Source: Deferribacterales bacterium (GTDB lineage Bacteria > Chrysiogenota > Deferribacteres > Deferribacterales > Geovibrionaceae). From it: a DNA stretch of 64,000 nucleotides. Where the stretch lies: positions 96,001-160,000 of the forward strand of contig JBFWLW010000002.1 of NCBI GenBank assembly GCA_050251945.1. Direction: 5' to 3'. Under the pieces are notes generated by a model. That model did no database searches. It had not been told where the DNA came from and saw only the letters and a list, made by a program, of their open reading frames with translations. Below, in pieces: positions 25,645 to 36,088 of the stretch; the first letter of the stretch is position 1; each line of letters opens with the position of its first letter. The position numbers and the translations under genes are program-made.

Positions 25645-26343
25645 TTACAGTTCGTTGACCAGTTTGTGATGGTCAACTTTTACGCCGGGTCCCATTGTAG
25701 CAGAAAGGGTTATGCCCCTGACGTAGTGTCCTTTTGCTGAGGACGGCTTAAGCTTGAGAAGTGTGTCAAGCAAAGCCTTAATGTTTTGTTCGAGTTTGTC
25801 ATTGTCGAAGCTTTTTTTGCCGACAGTGGTGTGAATGATACCGACTTTATCCACACGGAATTCAATCATACCGGCTTTCAGTTCCTTCACAACTTTTGCC
25901 ACATCTGCCGTTACAGTTCCGACTTTAGGGTTAGGCATAAGGCCTCTGGGTCCGAGAACCCGTCCCAGTTTACCTACCTGAACCATCATGTCGGGGGTTG
26001 CCACTACTTTGTCGAAATCAGTCCATCCGCCTTGGACCTTGCTGATAAGTTCGTCGTCACCTGCGAAATCAGCGCCTGCATCAAGCGCTTCTTTCTGTTT
26101 TTCGCCTTTACAGAATACAAGAACCTTTACATCTTTTCCTGTACCGTTGGGAAGACTTACGGAACCGCGAACCATCTGGTCAGCGTGCTTGGGGTTAACA
26201 CCAAGATTCACAGCTATGTCGATGGATTCGTCGAATTTTGCGAAAGCGGCTTCCTTAGCGAGAGCAATAGCCTCTCCCAGATCGTAAGATTTTTCTGCGT
26301 CAATCTTACCTGAGGCAGTCTGGTACTGTTTTCCTCTAGCCAT
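25645..26343 (-). CDS. rplA: 50S ribosomal protein L1
   Basis: [15 protein letters not shown]. Confidence 0.98.
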   Translation of the reverse strand: MARGKQYQTASGKIDAEKSYDLGEAIALAKEAAFAKFDESIDIAVNLGVNPKHADQMVRGSVSLPNGTGKDVKVLVFCKGEKQKEALDAGADFAGDDELISKVQGGWTDFDKVVATPDMMVQVGKLGRVLGPRGLMPNPKVGTVTADVAKVVKELKAGMIEFRVDKVGIIHTTVGKKSFDNDKLEQNIKALLDTLLKLKPSSAKGHYVRGITLSATMGPGVKVDHHKLVNEL

Positions 26344-26360
26344 GTTTCACCTCAAAAATA

Positions 26361-26786
26361 TTAGTCTTTTACTTTGACACCCATGCTGCGCGCTGAACCT
26401 GCAACGATTTTCATTGCCTGCTCAATGTCAGTGGTGTTCAGGTCGGGCATTTTTGCCTCTGCAACCTTTTTGAGCTGTTCCTGTGTCAGTGTTCCTGCTA
26501 CGTCTTTTTTAACGTTGTTCGCACCGCTTTTGATTCCCAGCTCTTTTTTGATCATATCCGTTACGGGGGGAGTCTTTGTCACGAAAGTGAAGCTTCTGTC
26601 CTCGTAAACGGTGATGACCACGGGAATTGTCCAGTCGCCCATGTTCTGGGTTTTAGCGTTGAATGCTTTACAGAATTCCATGATGTTCACGCCTCTCTGA
26701 CCGAGAGCGGGACCAACGGGGGGCGAGGGGTTAGCCTTGCCGGCAGGAATCTGCAGCTTTACGCTTCCTGTTACTTTCTTGGCCAT
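26361..26786 (-). CDS. rplK: 50S ribosomal protein L11
   Basis: [13 protein letters not shown]. Confidence 0.98.
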   Translation of the reverse strand: MAKKVTGSVKLQIPAGKANPSPPVGPALGQRGVNIMEFCKAFNAKTQNMGDWTIPVVITVYEDRSFTFVTKTPPVTDMIKKELGIKSGANNVKKDVAGTLTQEQLKKVAEAKMPDLNTTDIEQAMKIVAGSARSMGVKVKD

Positions 26787-26808
26787 TTATAAACCTCCGA
26801 ATTAGGCC

Positions 26809-27333
26809 TCAGCCTATCCGCTTAACCTGAAGATAATCAAGTTCGACAGGTGTTTGTCTTCCGAAAATACTGACGATGACTCTGACTTTCTCTTTATCAG
26901 GGTTAACATCTTCCACTGTTCCTGTAAACCCGAGGAAGGGTCCGTCCACAACCTCAACCTTATCGCCGTCAACATATCTTGAAGCGATTCTGGGAGCTTG
27001 TGATTTGGCGAGATCTATCATCGCCTTGACGTCCTGTTCGGGAATCGGAACCGGATTGATGCCGCCGACAAAGCCGGTCACCTTGGGGATGCTTTTGACA
27101 ACATGCCAGTTGGATGTGGTCATCTCCATGTGAACGAGTATGTAACCGGGGAAGGTCTTCTTTTTGCTTATTTTCTTTTTGCCTTTCTTCAGCTCTACAA
27201 CATCTTCTGTGGGGATGAGGACGTCGTCTATCTGTTCGGACAGATTCTCGTTCTTCACCTTTTCCTCAAGAAGAGTAACAACACGCTTCTCGAAGCCTGA
27301 ATATGTGTGTACTACATACCACTGTTTTGCCAT
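26809..27333 (-). CDS. nusG: Transcription termination/antitermination factor NusG
   Basis: [35 protein letters not shown]; start at MAKQW. Confidence 0.97.
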   Translation of the reverse strand: MAKQWYVVHTYSGFEKRVVTLLEEKVKNENLSEQIDDVLIPTEDVVELKKGKKKISKKKTFPGYILVHMEMTTSNWHVVKSIPKVTGFVGGINPVPIPEQDVKAMIDLAKSQAPRIASRYVDGDKVEVVDGPFLGFTGTVEDVNPDKEKVRVIVSIFGRQTPVELDYLQVKRIG

Positions 27334-27343
27334 TTTGATGTAC

Positions 27344-27523
27344 CTAGTATAAGAACTGAGTAAGTTTGGCGAGTCCGAAGTCAACGACACCCATGAACAC
27401 TGACAGAACTACGCATATAGCTATGACAACGCCTGTGGTGCCGATGGTTGCTTCTCTTGTCGCCCATACAACCTTTTTCAGCTCTTCTTTAACTTCGTTA
27501 TAAAACTCAGTTACTTTGATCAT
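27344..27523 (-). CDS. secE: Preprotein translocase subunit SecE (absent from ORF track)
   Basis: Manual translation MIKVTEFYNEVKEELKKVVWATREATIGTTGVVIAICVVLSVFMGVVDFGLAKLTQFLY. Confidence 0.93.
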   Translation of the reverse strand: MIKVTEFYNEVKEELKKVVWATREATIGTTGVVIAICVVLSVFMGVVDFGLAKLTQFLY

Positions 27524-27552
27524 GTTTTAAAGCTCTTTTTTCCAATTTTTTA

Positions 27553-27628
27553 TGGCAGGCCAGAGAAGACTCGAACTTCCAACCCCCGGTTTTGGAGACC
27601 GGTGCTCTGCCAATTGAGCTACTAGCCT
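27553..27628 (-). tRNA. tRNA-Trp (CCA)
   Basis: Cloverleaf with anticodon loop CTCCAAA and encoded CCA end; between rpmG and secE. Confidence 0.96.
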
Positions 27629-27651
27629 GCAATTCTTTTAAGCGTTTGTGC

Positions 27652-27801
27652 TTACTTTGTTTCTTTGTGAAGTGTGTGCTTGCGGTCGCGAGGACAATAC
27701 TTCATGAATTCCAGCTTGCCGGTAGTTGTTTTCTTATTCTTTGTGGTAGAATAATTTCTTTCTTTGCACTCGGTGCAAGCAAGTATTACTTTCTCTCTCA
27801 T
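27652..27801 (-). CDS. rpmG: 50S ribosomal protein L33
   Basis: [17 protein letters not shown]...[14 protein letters not shown]. Confidence 0.96.
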   Translation of the reverse strand: MREKVILACTECKERNYSTTKNKKTTTGKLEFMKYCPRDRKHTLHKETK

Positions 27802-27805
27802 TATA

Positions 27806-28996
27806 TTACTCCGAGATTTCGACAACCACGCCTGCACCTACGGTACGTCCGCCCTCACGAATTGCGAAGCGAAGACCGGGATCCATTGCGATGGGTGTGA
27901 TAAGTTCAACATCACAGGAGATGTTATCGCCGGGCATTACCATCTCTACGCCTTCGGCAAGAGTGATGATACCTGTTACGTCTGTTGTTCTGAAGTAGAA
28001 CTGAGGTCTGTATCCGCTGAAGAAAGGTGTGTGACGTCCGCCTTCCTCTTTTGTCAGGATGTATGCTTCAGCTTTGAACTTCTTATGGGGAGTGATTGCG
28101 TTCGGTTTGGAAAGTACCTGTCCGCGCTCAACGTCATCCTTTTTGATACCGCGGACAAGAATACCCACGTTATCGCCTGCTACACCTTCATCAAGAAGTT
28201 TACGGAACATTTCTATTCCAGTTACTATTGTTTTCTGGGTGTCACGGATTCCGACTATCTGTACTTCATCGCCCACTTTTACTTTACCGCGCTCGATCCT
28301 GCCTGTTACAACTGTTCCGCGGCCGGATATTGAGAACACGTCCTCGATAGGCATGATGAAGTCTTTATCTATGTCACGCTGAGGTTCTGCGATATAGTCG
28401 TCAAGTGCCTGTACAAGGTCAAGAATAGGCTGTGACCATTTGGGGTTGTCACCGTCTTCAAGTGCTTTAAGTGCTGAACCTTTGATGATAGGAGTATCAT
28501 CGCCGGGGAACTCATAAGCTGAAAGAAGGTCTCTTATTTCAAGTTCAACGAGTTCGATAAGTTCCTCGTCGTCTACCATATCTATTTTGTTCATGAACAC
28601 TACTATGTAAGGTACGCCTACCTGACGGGCGAGCAGGATGTGCTCACGGGTCTGGGGCATGGGACCGTCAGCGGCTGAAACAACAAGGATTGCTCCGTCC
28701 ATCTGTGCGGCACCGGTGATCATGTTCTTTACGTAGTCCGCGTGACCCGGGCAGTCAACGTGAGCATAGTGACGTTTCTCGGATTCATACTCTACGTGGG
28801 CTGTCGCGATGGTAATACCTCTTTCTCTCTCTTCCGGAGCCTTGTCGATGTTACCGTAGTCTACGAACTGTGCGAATCCTTTTTTAGAAAGGATGTTCGT
28901 GATTGCTGCTGTCAGGGATGTTTTACCGTGGTCAACGTGGCCGATTGTTCCGACGTTGACGTGCGGTTTCGTTCTTTCAAATTTAGACTTAGCCAT
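27806..28996 (-). CDS. tuf: Elongation factor Tu (tRNA operon copy)
   Basis: Protein identical to 4335-5525; start at MAKSKF behind AGGAGG. Confidence 0.99.
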   Translation of the reverse strand: MAKSKFERTKPHVNVGTIGHVDHGKTSLTAAITNILSKKGFAQFVDYGNIDKAPEERERGITIATAHVEYESEKRHYAHVDCPGHADYVKNMITGAAQMDGAILVVSAADGPMPQTREHILLARQVGVPYIVVFMNKIDMVDDEELIELVELEIRDLLSAYEFPGDDTPIIKGSALKALEDGDNPKWSQPILDLVQALDDYIAEPQRDIDKDFIMPIEDVFSISGRGTVVTGRIERGKVKVGDEVQIVGIRDTQKTIVTGIEMFRKLLDEGVAGDNVGILVRGIKKDDVERGQVLSKPNAITPHKKFKAEAYILTKEEGGRHTPFFSGYRPQFYFRTTDVTGIITLAEGVEMVMPGDNISCDVELITPIAMDPGLRFAIREGGRTVGAGVVVEISE

Positions 28997-29026
28997 TGTT
29001 AATCTGTCCTCCTGAAAAGAAGATAA

Positions 29027-29100
29027 AGCCCACGACCGGACTCGAACCGGTGATCTCGTCCTTACCAAGGACGTGCTCTAGCCACCTGAGCCACGTGGGC
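29027..29100 (-). tRNA. tRNA-Thr (GGT)
   Basis: Cloverleaf with anticodon loop TTGGTAA; CCA not encoded. Confidence 0.95.
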
Positions 29101-29167
29101 ATATAAAAAAAAACAGACGTAACGGTATCGTCCGTCTTTTATACAGCTTGTTTTCTGAGAAAAAAAA

Positions 29168-29241
29168 AGCGGGCAACGGGATTCGAACCCGCGACCCTCA
29201 GCTTGGAAGGCTGATGCTCTAGCCAACTGAGCTACACCCGC
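29168..29241 (-). tRNA. tRNA-Gly (TCC)
   Basis: Cloverleaf with anticodon loop CTTCCAA. Confidence 0.95.
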
Positions 29242-29258
29242 ATTTTTTCGTCAAAAAG

Positions 29259-29341
29259 TGGGGAGAGAAGGATTCGAACCTTCGAAGTCGTTCGACAACA
29301 GATTTACAGTCTGCCCCCTTTGGCCGCTTGGGTATCTCCCC
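29259..29341 (-). tRNA. tRNA-Tyr (GTA)
   Basis: Long variable arm; anticodon loop CTGTAAA. Confidence 0.95.
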
Positions 29342-29387
29342 TCACGTGGCAGCGAGAGCTGCACACAGAGTCCGTGAAACAAAAAAA

Positions 29388-29460
<73 letters not shown>

Positions 29461-29480
29461 TTACCGTGAAACGGAGGTGA

Positions 29481-29509
29481 ATATTATCTTTTAACGTTAT
29501 AGATGTCAA
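29481..29509 (-). promoter_or_regulatory. Sigma70 promoter of the tRNA-tuf operon
   Basis: TTGACA-17 bp-TAATAT on the minus strand. Confidence 0.7.
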
Positions 29510-29587
29510 GAGTTTTGTTGAAAAAAATTAAAGTTTTTTAAATTGATCTGAAACGCCGTAACAACAGGACTTTAAATGAATTATACA

Positions 29588-29938
29588 CTATCCGGCGGAA
29601 TGTTCCATAGCTTTTTTTATAAGCACCCGCACTCCCTCGCCCTGAAGAGCATAGAAGACCTGTTTCCCTGATTTCTTCCATGTAACGAGTTTTGAGTTGC
29701 GAAGGATGCGAAGCTGGTGCGACACGGCGGATTGTGAAACACCTGCCAGTTCCGCTATATCCGCAACGCACAGTTCCGAGAGTGAAAGCGCGTAAAGAAT
29801 CTTCACCCGGGTGTGATCGCTCAATATCTTAAAGATGTCGGACATGTTCAAGGTAACGGATTCGGGAGGCATCCTATCCTTCATATTGGGGAGCATATCC
29901 TCCACGGGTTCCGCCAGTTGAAAAATGTCGTCAGTCAT
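29588..29938 (-). CDS. ArsR/SmtB family repressor (CadC/SmtB-like)
   Basis: FKILSDHTRVKIL, ELCVADIA, SQSAVSHQLRILR, GKQVFY. Confidence 0.92.
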   Translation of the reverse strand: MTDDIFQLAEPVEDMLPNMKDRMPPESVTLNMSDIFKILSDHTRVKILYALSLSELCVADIAELAGVSQSAVSHQLRILRNSKLVTWKKSGKQVFYALQGEGVRVLIKKAMEHSAG

Positions 29939-29951
29939 ATTAACCTCAAAA

Positions 29952-30027
29952 GAGACTGCCGCGCCGGCAAGCCTCCTCGCAGAGACAAGTGCGTGTCTTC
30001 GCGAGGAACAACGTGACGAAGCGATCT
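29952..30027. repeat. REP-like palindrome pair
   Basis: GAGACTGCC...CCTCGCAGAGAC / GTCTTCGCGAGG...GAAGCGATCT; same family as the MITE interiors. Confidence 0.8.
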
Positions 30028-30037
30028 AACTTCAAAA

Positions 30038-30059
30038 TACATGAGCGGTTATTCAGGTG
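30038..30059. promoter_or_regulatory. SmtB-type operator above the ArsR gene
   Basis: TACATGAGCGGTTATTCAGGTG resembles the SmtB box TGAACAGTTATTCA; just below a minus-strand TTGACA-18-TATTAT. Confidence 0.6.
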
Positions 30060-30195
30060 TGTATAATAGTATTACATGTGTTATACTGTCAATATTTACA
30101 TTGCATATTGACATAAGCGAATAATACATCATAATGGTAAGTTCTTAATTGTTTTTGCATCACATAATCAGTCAATAATTTATGGAGATATATAT

Positions 30196-30510
30196 ATGAA
30201 CATTCAGCAAATGATGAAGCAAGCTCAGAAAATGCAGAAAAAAATGGAAGAGGCGCAGGCGGAAGCGGCTCAGGAAGTTGTGGAAGCCACGTCCGGCGGC
30301 GGTATGATAACCGTTAAGGTGAACGGAAAACAGGAAATCATCAGCATCGCAATCGAAAAGGACGTTGTTGACCCGGAAGATGTTGAAATGCTGCAAGACC
30401 TTATCCTTGCCGCTGTTAACGAGGGACTTAAAAAATCTCAGGAAGTTGTTCAGCAGAAGATGTCTGCCGTAACGGGCAACCTCGGGATCAATTTCCCCGG
30501 CATGTTCTAA
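30196..30510 (+). CDS. ybaB: YbaB/EbfC nucleoid-associated protein
   Basis: MMKQAQKMQ...DVEMLQDLILAAVN; precedes recR. Confidence 0.95.
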   Translation: MNIQQMMKQAQKMQKKMEEAQAEAAQEVVEATSGGGMITVKVNGKQEIISIAIEKDVVDPEDVEMLQDLILAAVNEGLKKSQEVVQQKMSAVTGNLGINFPGMF

Positions 30511-30525
30511 ACATCCATATAATAT

Positions 30526-31125
30526 ATGAAGAACAGGATCTTTGAGCGCTGCGTGGGCGAGTTTTCAAGACTGCCCGGCATCGGAAGGAAGACTGCCGTG
30601 CGTCTTGCACTTCACCTTCTGAAATCCGACGCCCAGCTTGTCAAAAACCTTGCAGAGAGCATGATAGAGCTTAAGGAGAAGACCGTATTCTGCAAAATAT
30701 GCGGAAATCTCTCCGAAGAGCCGATATGTCACATCTGCCACGACAGCTACCGCCAGAACGGTCAGCTTTGCGTTGTTGAAGAGGCAAAGGACATCTTTGT
30801 ACTTGAGAATACAGGTTTTTTCCACGGACGCTACCATGTTCTGGGGGGGCGCATCTCTCCTCTGGACGGTATCGGACCGCAGGATCTCACCATAGACAGG
30901 CTCATTGAACGCATAACTCAGGAAAATATCACAGAGGTCATAATCGCCACCAACCCTGACATCGAAGGGGAAACAACGGCAATATACCTTTCAAAGATCC
31001 TAAAAAACAAAAACGTCCGTGTAACGAAAATTGCAAGCGGCGTTCCCATCGGAACAAATCTTGAATACACGGATGAGCTGACGCTGTTCAAAGCAATGGA
31101 ACAGCGCACTGAAATCCATGAATAA
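30526..31125 (+). CDS. recR: Recombination protein RecR
   Basis: LPGIGRKTA, C4 zinc finger, GRISPLDGIGP, Toprim. Confidence 0.97.
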   Translation: MKNRIFERCVGEFSRLPGIGRKTAVRLALHLLKSDAQLVKNLAESMIELKEKTVFCKICGNLSEEPICHICHDSYRQNGQLCVVEEAKDIFVLENTGFFHGRYHVLGGRISPLDGIGPQDLTIDRLIERITQENITEVIIATNPDIEGETTAIYLSKILKNKNVRVTKIASGVPIGTNLEYTDELTLFKAMEQRTEIHE

Positions 31126-31142
31126 AAACGGAATAAACATAC

Positions 31143-32663
31143 ATGTCCAAAGAAATAATTGTAAACTCCACGCTCAGCGAGGCTCGTGTGGCGGTTCTGG
31201 AGAACGGAAACCCTGCCGAGATACTTATCGAACGTGCGCACAGCAAGAACGTTGCTGGAAATATATATAAAGGACGGGTCATAAAAGTTCTGCCCGGCAT
31301 ACAGTCGGCATTCGTTGACATCGGACTTTCAAAAGCGGCATTTCTGCCCGCAGCAGACGTCTATGTCGAAAACGGAGAGCGCGTAAGCTTTCTGGAGGCT
31401 ATGGACGGAATGCAGGACGAGGCGGAGGTGGACACCATCGCGCCGGAACCGAAAGAAATCCCGCCTATCGAACAGCTTCTCAAAGAGGGTCAGGAGATCG
31501 TCGTTCAGGTGGCGAAAGAATCCATCGGACAAAAAGGCGCACGCCTGACAACTCACCTGACGGTTCCCGGACGCTATATCGTTCTTATGCCCGGATACGA
31601 ACACGTCGGAGTATCACGTAAAATTGAAGAGGAAGAGGAACGGGAACGCCTGCGCCTGATCCTTAAAGATATGAAGAAAGAGGGTATGGGACTGATAGCC
31701 CGTACAGTCTCCGCAGGGCACGACCATGAAGAGATAGTGGCGGATCTCGACTACCTTGAGCGCCTCTGGTCGAAGATTATGGATAATATGGCGGCTTCAA
31801 AAGCGCCGTGTATGATATACGAGGATCACGGACTTATCTTCCGCATCCTTCGCGATACTGCAACAGCGGATGTCAGCCGTATCATTATTGACAATAAGGC
31901 GGACTACCTCAAGATAAAATCGTTCCTTCGCGAATACATGCCGGACATGAACATCGAAGTGACGCTTTACACAAACGACATCCCCATATTCGACTATTAC
32001 AACATCGAAATAGAGATCGGACGCATACTTGACAAAAAGGTATGGCTGAAATCAGGCGGCTACATAGTCATAGATCAGGCGGAAGCGCTCACGGTTATCG
32101 ACGTCAACACCGGAAAATTCGTGGGCAAGCGCAACTTTGAAGATACCATCCTCAAAACGAACCTTGAGGCGTCTAAAGAGATAGCGTGGCAGCTGCGCCT
32201 CCGCAACATCGGCGGCATAATCATAGTCGATTTCATAGACATGGCGAAAGAGGAAAACCGTCAGAAGGTTCTGAAAACAATGGATCTGGAGCTGAAAAAC
32301 GACAGAGCCAAAGCAAGCGTGGTGAATATCTCCCCGCTGGGGCTTGTGGAAATAACCAGAAAACGCGTTCAGGAGAGCCTTACCCGCTCACTGAGCGAAC
32401 CCTGTCCATATTGTGAGGGACGAGGCATAGTTAAAAGCAAGCTCACCGTCTGCTACGACATTATGCGTGAAGTGCGCAGGATCGCCCCTTTTGTCCATAA
32501 GAAAAAAGTCTATATTGAGGCACATCCCGACGTCGTCGACCTTCTGCTTGACGAGGAAAAAGGTTCCATGGACGAAATAGAACTGATGATGAGCATAGAG
32601 GTGGAAATCACTCCCAACGAGACTTTCCACATACACGATTACGAAGTAACACCAATGGATTAA
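31143..32663 (+). CDS. rng: Ribonuclease G (Rne/Rng family)
   Basis: GNIYKGRV, IDVNTGK, RLRNIGGIIIVDFIDM, CPYC; no long C-terminal tail. Confidence 0.93.
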   Translation: MSKEIIVNSTLSEARVAVLENGNPAEILIERAHSKNVAGNIYKGRVIKVLPGIQSAFVDIGLSKAAFLPAADVYVENGERVSFLEAMDGMQDEAEVDTIAPEPKEIPPIEQLLKEGQEIVVQVAKESIGQKGARLTTHLTVPGRYIVLMPGYEHVGVSRKIEEEEERERLRLILKDMKKEGMGLIARTVSAGHDHEEIVADLDYLERLWSKIMDNMAASKAPCMIYEDHGLIFRILRDTATADVSRIIIDNKADYLKIKSFLREYMPDMNIEVTLYTNDIPIFDYYNIEIEIGRILDKKVWLKSGGYIVIDQAEALTVIDVNTGKFVGKRNFEDTILKTNLEASKEIAWQLRLRNIGGIIIVDFIDMAKEENRQKVLKTMDLELKNDRAKASVVNISPLGLVEITRKRVQESLTRSLSEPCPYCEGRGIVKSKLTVCYDIMREVRRIAPFVHKKKVYIEAHPDVVDLLLDEEKGSMDEIELMMSIEVEITPNETFHIHDYEVTPMD

Positions 32664-33265
32664 TGATGTACAACAGACAGGACGCATTTTACAAAAAGGC
32701 TAAGCGCGAAGGCTACCGCAGCCGCGCCGCCTATAAACTTATCGAACTTAACAAAAAATACGAGATATACCGTAACGGTCATAACGTACTCGACGTGGGC
32801 TGTGCACCCGGCGGGTGGACGCAGGTCGTTCTGCAAATGTCAAAGACCCGGGTTGTCGGTGTTGACCTGCTCGAAACAGGCGATATGGAAATGGAACGAT
32901 TCAAATTCATTCTGGGCGACATCACCACTCAGGAGACTGTGGACGAGGTTCTTGCTGCCTGCTCCGGTTACGATGCCGTCATATCCGACGCAGCGCCTAA
33001 TACGTCAGGCTCAAAACTTCTCGACCATGTGAACTCCATAGAACTGGTGCGCAAAATATTCTATTTTGCCTGCTCCGTTCTGAAACCCCACGGGAACTTC
33101 ATCTGTAAGGTATTCGAGGGTGAGGACAGAGATGCGCTTGTGAAAGAGATGAAGGTTCATTTCGACTTCTGCAAGCACATACGCCCCGAAGCCACACGCA
33201 AAGGCTCGTTTGAAATGTATATAATCCTTAAAGGTTTCAAAGGATTACCGAAAAATGAACAATGA
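32663..33265 (+). CDS. rlmE: 23S rRNA U2552 2'-O-methyltransferase
   Basis: YRSRAAYKL, LDVGCAPGGW, SDAAP. Confidence 0.95.
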   Translation: MMYNRQDAFYKKAKREGYRSRAAYKLIELNKKYEIYRNGHNVLDVGCAPGGWTQVVLQMSKTRVVGVDLLETGDMEMERFKFILGDITTQETVDEVLAACSGYDAVISDAAPNTSGSKLLDHVNSIELVRKIFYFACSVLKPHGNFICKVFEGEDRDALVKEMKVHFDFCKHIRPEATRKGSFEMYIILKGFKGLPKNEQ

Positions 33266-34013
33266 CCTTTTAACCATACTTAATCTTGTTTCCGAAGGTT
33301 CTCTGGATGCAATGCAGGCATTTGAAAAGATTCAGGGATTCACAAACGGAAGCGATGCGAAGATAGACACCGACAGAAAAAACCGCGTCGGTTTTGAAGA
33401 GGTGGTCTACGGACAGGGAAAAACCGCAGAACAGGTGGCTTCCATCTCGAAAACATATGCTGAAAAAGGAATGAACTTAGTCTGTACGGGACTGTCTGAT
33501 GAGAAGATAAACGAACTCAGGGAACTTTGCCCTGACTGCACCTTCGTTCCGGAAGCCGGAATAATGAAACGCTTCCTGAAACCTATTGAGGCAAAAGAAG
33601 GTTCCGTTGCCGTCATAACCGCAGGAACAAGCGACCTTAAAGTTGCGAAAGAAGCGAAGGAAATTCTGGAGTTTTGCGGAGTTCATGCGGAACTCTATGC
33701 AGACATCGGGGTGGCAGGCATACACAGATTTTTAAGCCACAAAGATGATATATCGCGAGCGGACGTTATAATCGTTATCGCAGGAATGGAAGGCGCACTG
33801 CCCTCCATAACCGGCGGAATATTCCCACAGCCTGTTATAGCAGTTCCCACTTCTGCCGGATACGGAACGGCATTGCACGGCTTCACCGCTCTGTTTGCGA
33901 TGTTGACAAGCTGCGCGGCAGGGCTTACAGTGGTAAACATAGATAATGGCTTCGGTGCCGCCATGGCGGCTGTGCGGGTTATAAACATTTTGAACCTGCG
34001 TAAAAACCGCTAA
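33255..34013 (+). CDS. larB: LarB-family (PurE-like) carboxylase
   Basis: GFEEVVYGQGKT, AGTSD, DIGVAGIHR, AGMEGALPS, VVNIDNGFGA. Confidence 0.88.
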   Translation: MNNDLLTILNLVSEGSLDAMQAFEKIQGFTNGSDAKIDTDRKNRVGFEEVVYGQGKTAEQVASISKTYAEKGMNLVCTGLSDEKINELRELCPDCTFVPEAGIMKRFLKPIEAKEGSVAVITAGTSDLKVAKEAKEILEFCGVHAELYADIGVAGIHRFLSHKDDISRADVIIVIAGMEGALPSITGGIFPQPVIAVPTSAGYGTALHGFTALFAMLTSCAAGLTVVNIDNGFGAAMAAVRVINILNLRKNR

Positions 34014-34166
34014 GAGAGCCTTGCACCATCTTATTTGCATATTCGGATTTTAATACACAGTATACTTTAAACAATTTTCCTATGGCAATTTTTGGGACAT
34101 ACTGCTAACTTATGTCCATTATACAGTGATTCTGTGACATTTATTTTAAAAAAACGGAGGAGAAAA

Positions 34167-34553
34167 ATGCCCAGACCATCTAAGCCTAGAGTTATAGGCG
34201 CAAAACCAGAGATTTCAAGTTTTAAACCCAGAGGTATCGCCGCAAAAAAACTTAAAGCGGTAAATCTGACACTGGACGAGTTTGAAGCCATCCGCCTTGC
34301 GGACTATCAGGGGCTTTCACATGAGGACGCAGCAGTTCTTATGAACATTTCACGCCCCACTTTTTCAAGACTTGTTGAAAAAGCAAGAATCAAAGTTGCA
34401 TCTTTCATCATTGAAGGATCGGAACTGAACATTTCCGGCGGAAACGTACTTTTTCAGGAAAGAGGATGCAGCGTCTTCAAACAGGATCTGCCCGAAAGCA
34501 GAATAGAAAGACGCAAACACTCAGCGGCAGCTATGGAAGGAAGTTTTTGCTGA
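34167..34553 (+). CDS. DUF134-family DNA-binding protein
   Basis: MPRPSKPR...FKPRG...LDEFEAIRLADYQGLSHEDAAVLMNISRPTF; SD GGAGG. Confidence 0.85.
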   Translation: MPRPSKPRVIGAKPEISSFKPRGIAAKKLKAVNLTLDEFEAIRLADYQGLSHEDAAVLMNISRPTFSRLVEKARIKVASFIIEGSELNISGGNVLFQERGCSVFKQDLPESRIERRKHSAAAMEGSFC

Positions 34554-34566
34554 TAAACTAAAAATT

Positions 34567-34778
34567 TAGGCGACCGGAAGGTCGCCTAAGACTTATGACA
34601 AATGTTTATAAAGACGAGATTGCTTCGCTTTATTCGACAAATAGTTTAAAGTGGACTCATTCAGCCTTCGGCTAGTGCTCGCAAAGACGAAAAGAAAAAA
34701 CTGTCTCTGCGGGGAGCATGGCGATGAAGCAGTCTCATTGGGTTTCATCAAAATGACTAGGCGACCGGAAGGTCGCCT
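34567..34778. mobile_element. MITE copy B (34588-34757) with 21 bp duplicated terminator hairpin; one end decayed
   Basis: Direct repeat TAGGCGACCGGAAGGTCGCCT at 34567 and 34758; left end AAGACTTATGACAAA; internal REP pair. Confidence 0.8.
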
Positions 34779-34800
34779 TTTTTATTTCATTCAATATTTT

Positions 34801-34833
34801 GTCTTTGCGAGAAGCATAGCAACAAAGCAAACT
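34801..34833. repeat. Half REP upstream of the TIR gene
   Basis: GTCTTTGCGAGAAGCATAGCAACAAAGCAAACT. Confidence 0.6.
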
Positions 34834-34996
34834 TTAAATATATAATAATTTAGTGAATAAAAATTAAATTATGATAAATCCTTATATTCAGACATATACC
34901 GTAATTGCATTTTCTACCTTCACCAGCTTAAAACGACTTGATACCAATAACACAGGATGATAATATTTGAAATAATCCATCACATGGTTGTAAATT

Positions 34997-36025
34997 ATGA
35001 AAGTATTTTTAAGTTGGTCAGGCGAGCTTAGTCATAGAATTGCTACAGTACTAAGAGATTGGTTTCCATCTGTTATTCAATCAATAGACCCGTATGTATC
35101 CTCTGAAGACATAGACAAAGGCACTCGTTGGAGCACTGACATCGCAAAAGAATTAGAAGATTCTAGTTTTGGAATCCTTTGTGTTACAAAAGGTAACATT
35201 GATGCTCCTTGGCTTAATTTTGAAGCGGGTGCATTATCTAAAGCAATTAACTATAGTTTTGTTTGCCCTTTTCTTTTCGGTTTAAAACGCTCTGAGATAA
35301 ATGGTCCTATTTTACAATTTCAGTCAACTGTATTTGAAAAAGAAGACATAAGAAAACTGATACATACTCTAAACAAGGCTTGTTGCGACATCACACTAAC
35401 TGATGACAGAATAAATAAAGCATTTGATGTATGGTATCCAACTCTAGAAGAACAATTAAAATCATTGGAATCAGAAGCGGCTCCTGTAAAAAAAACCAAA
35501 AAACCTGAACAAGAAGATGAAAAAATACTTGAAGAAATTTTAAATATTTCAAGAATAAACCATCGAATATTAAGAGCAACTGAAAAGGAAACAGACGATA
35601 GTATAACGGAAATAAAAAAACAAATTGACGAATTATCAGCTAAATACATGCGTCCCTACGAAATGAACACAAATATTATGAAACGTAAATTCCACCCAAT
35701 GATGTTTGAAGAATTTCTACATTATTCTTTAAGTAAAAAAAGTAACTACATAGGTATATTATTAACATTATCTTTTTTTAAATCTGATTTACCGTGGATT
35801 TATGAAGCAAGTTACGAAGCAATTAATATGCTAAAGCAAACTGATTCTTACGAAGTAAAAAAGGAAATAATAGCCAACTTAAACGATATATTTGAGTTAT
35901 CTATTAAACATCCTATGTTTAGAGAGGTATTCGATTACGACCCAAAAATGCGTATGATGAGTAAGGATATTTCTCGATTACTCATAAGGGCAATTGAAAA
36001 TGTAACATTCAATCAGGATTACTAA
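34997..36025 (+). CDS. TIR-domain protein with uncharacterised helical C-terminus
   Basis: KVFLSWSG...DIDKGTRW...ELEDSSFGILCVT...PWLNFEAGAL; visibly AT-rich. Confidence 0.85.
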   Translation: MKVFLSWSGELSHRIATVLRDWFPSVIQSIDPYVSSEDIDKGTRWSTDIAKELEDSSFGILCVTKGNIDAPWLNFEAGALSKAINYSFVCPFLFGLKRSEINGPILQFQSTVFEKEDIRKLIHTLNKACCDITLTDDRINKAFDVWYPTLEEQLKSLESEAAPVKKTKKPEQEDEKILEEILNISRINHRILRATEKETDDSITEIKKQIDELSAKYMRPYEMNTNIMKRKFHPMMFEEFLHYSLSKKSNYIGILLTLSFFKSDLPWIYEASYEAINMLKQTDSYEVKKEIIANLNDIFELSIKHPMFREVFDYDPKMRMMSKDISRLLIRAIENVTFNQDY

Positions 36026-36088
36026 TAACTGTAATTAATATTATTATACACATGCGCAATGAGCACTATCAATGAAACAATCTTTTTC

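Noticed and set aside
28997..29068. N-terminal extensions in the ORF track for tuf (also nusG, rplW, rpmG, mop, DUF134)
   Set aside because: They overlap tRNA-Thr, secE, other genes or regulatory DNA; downstream starts match known N-termini.
34567..34778. Mini-CRISPR interpretation of the paired palindromic direct repeats
   Set aside because: Only two repeats per locus, a different repeat at each locus, 140-233 bp intervening DNA related between loci, and no cas genes.
34651..34845. Small ORFs overlapping MITE/REP copies (also 52410-52661 and 29813-30016)
   Set aside because: Translations of repeat DNA with no RBS or transposase motifs.
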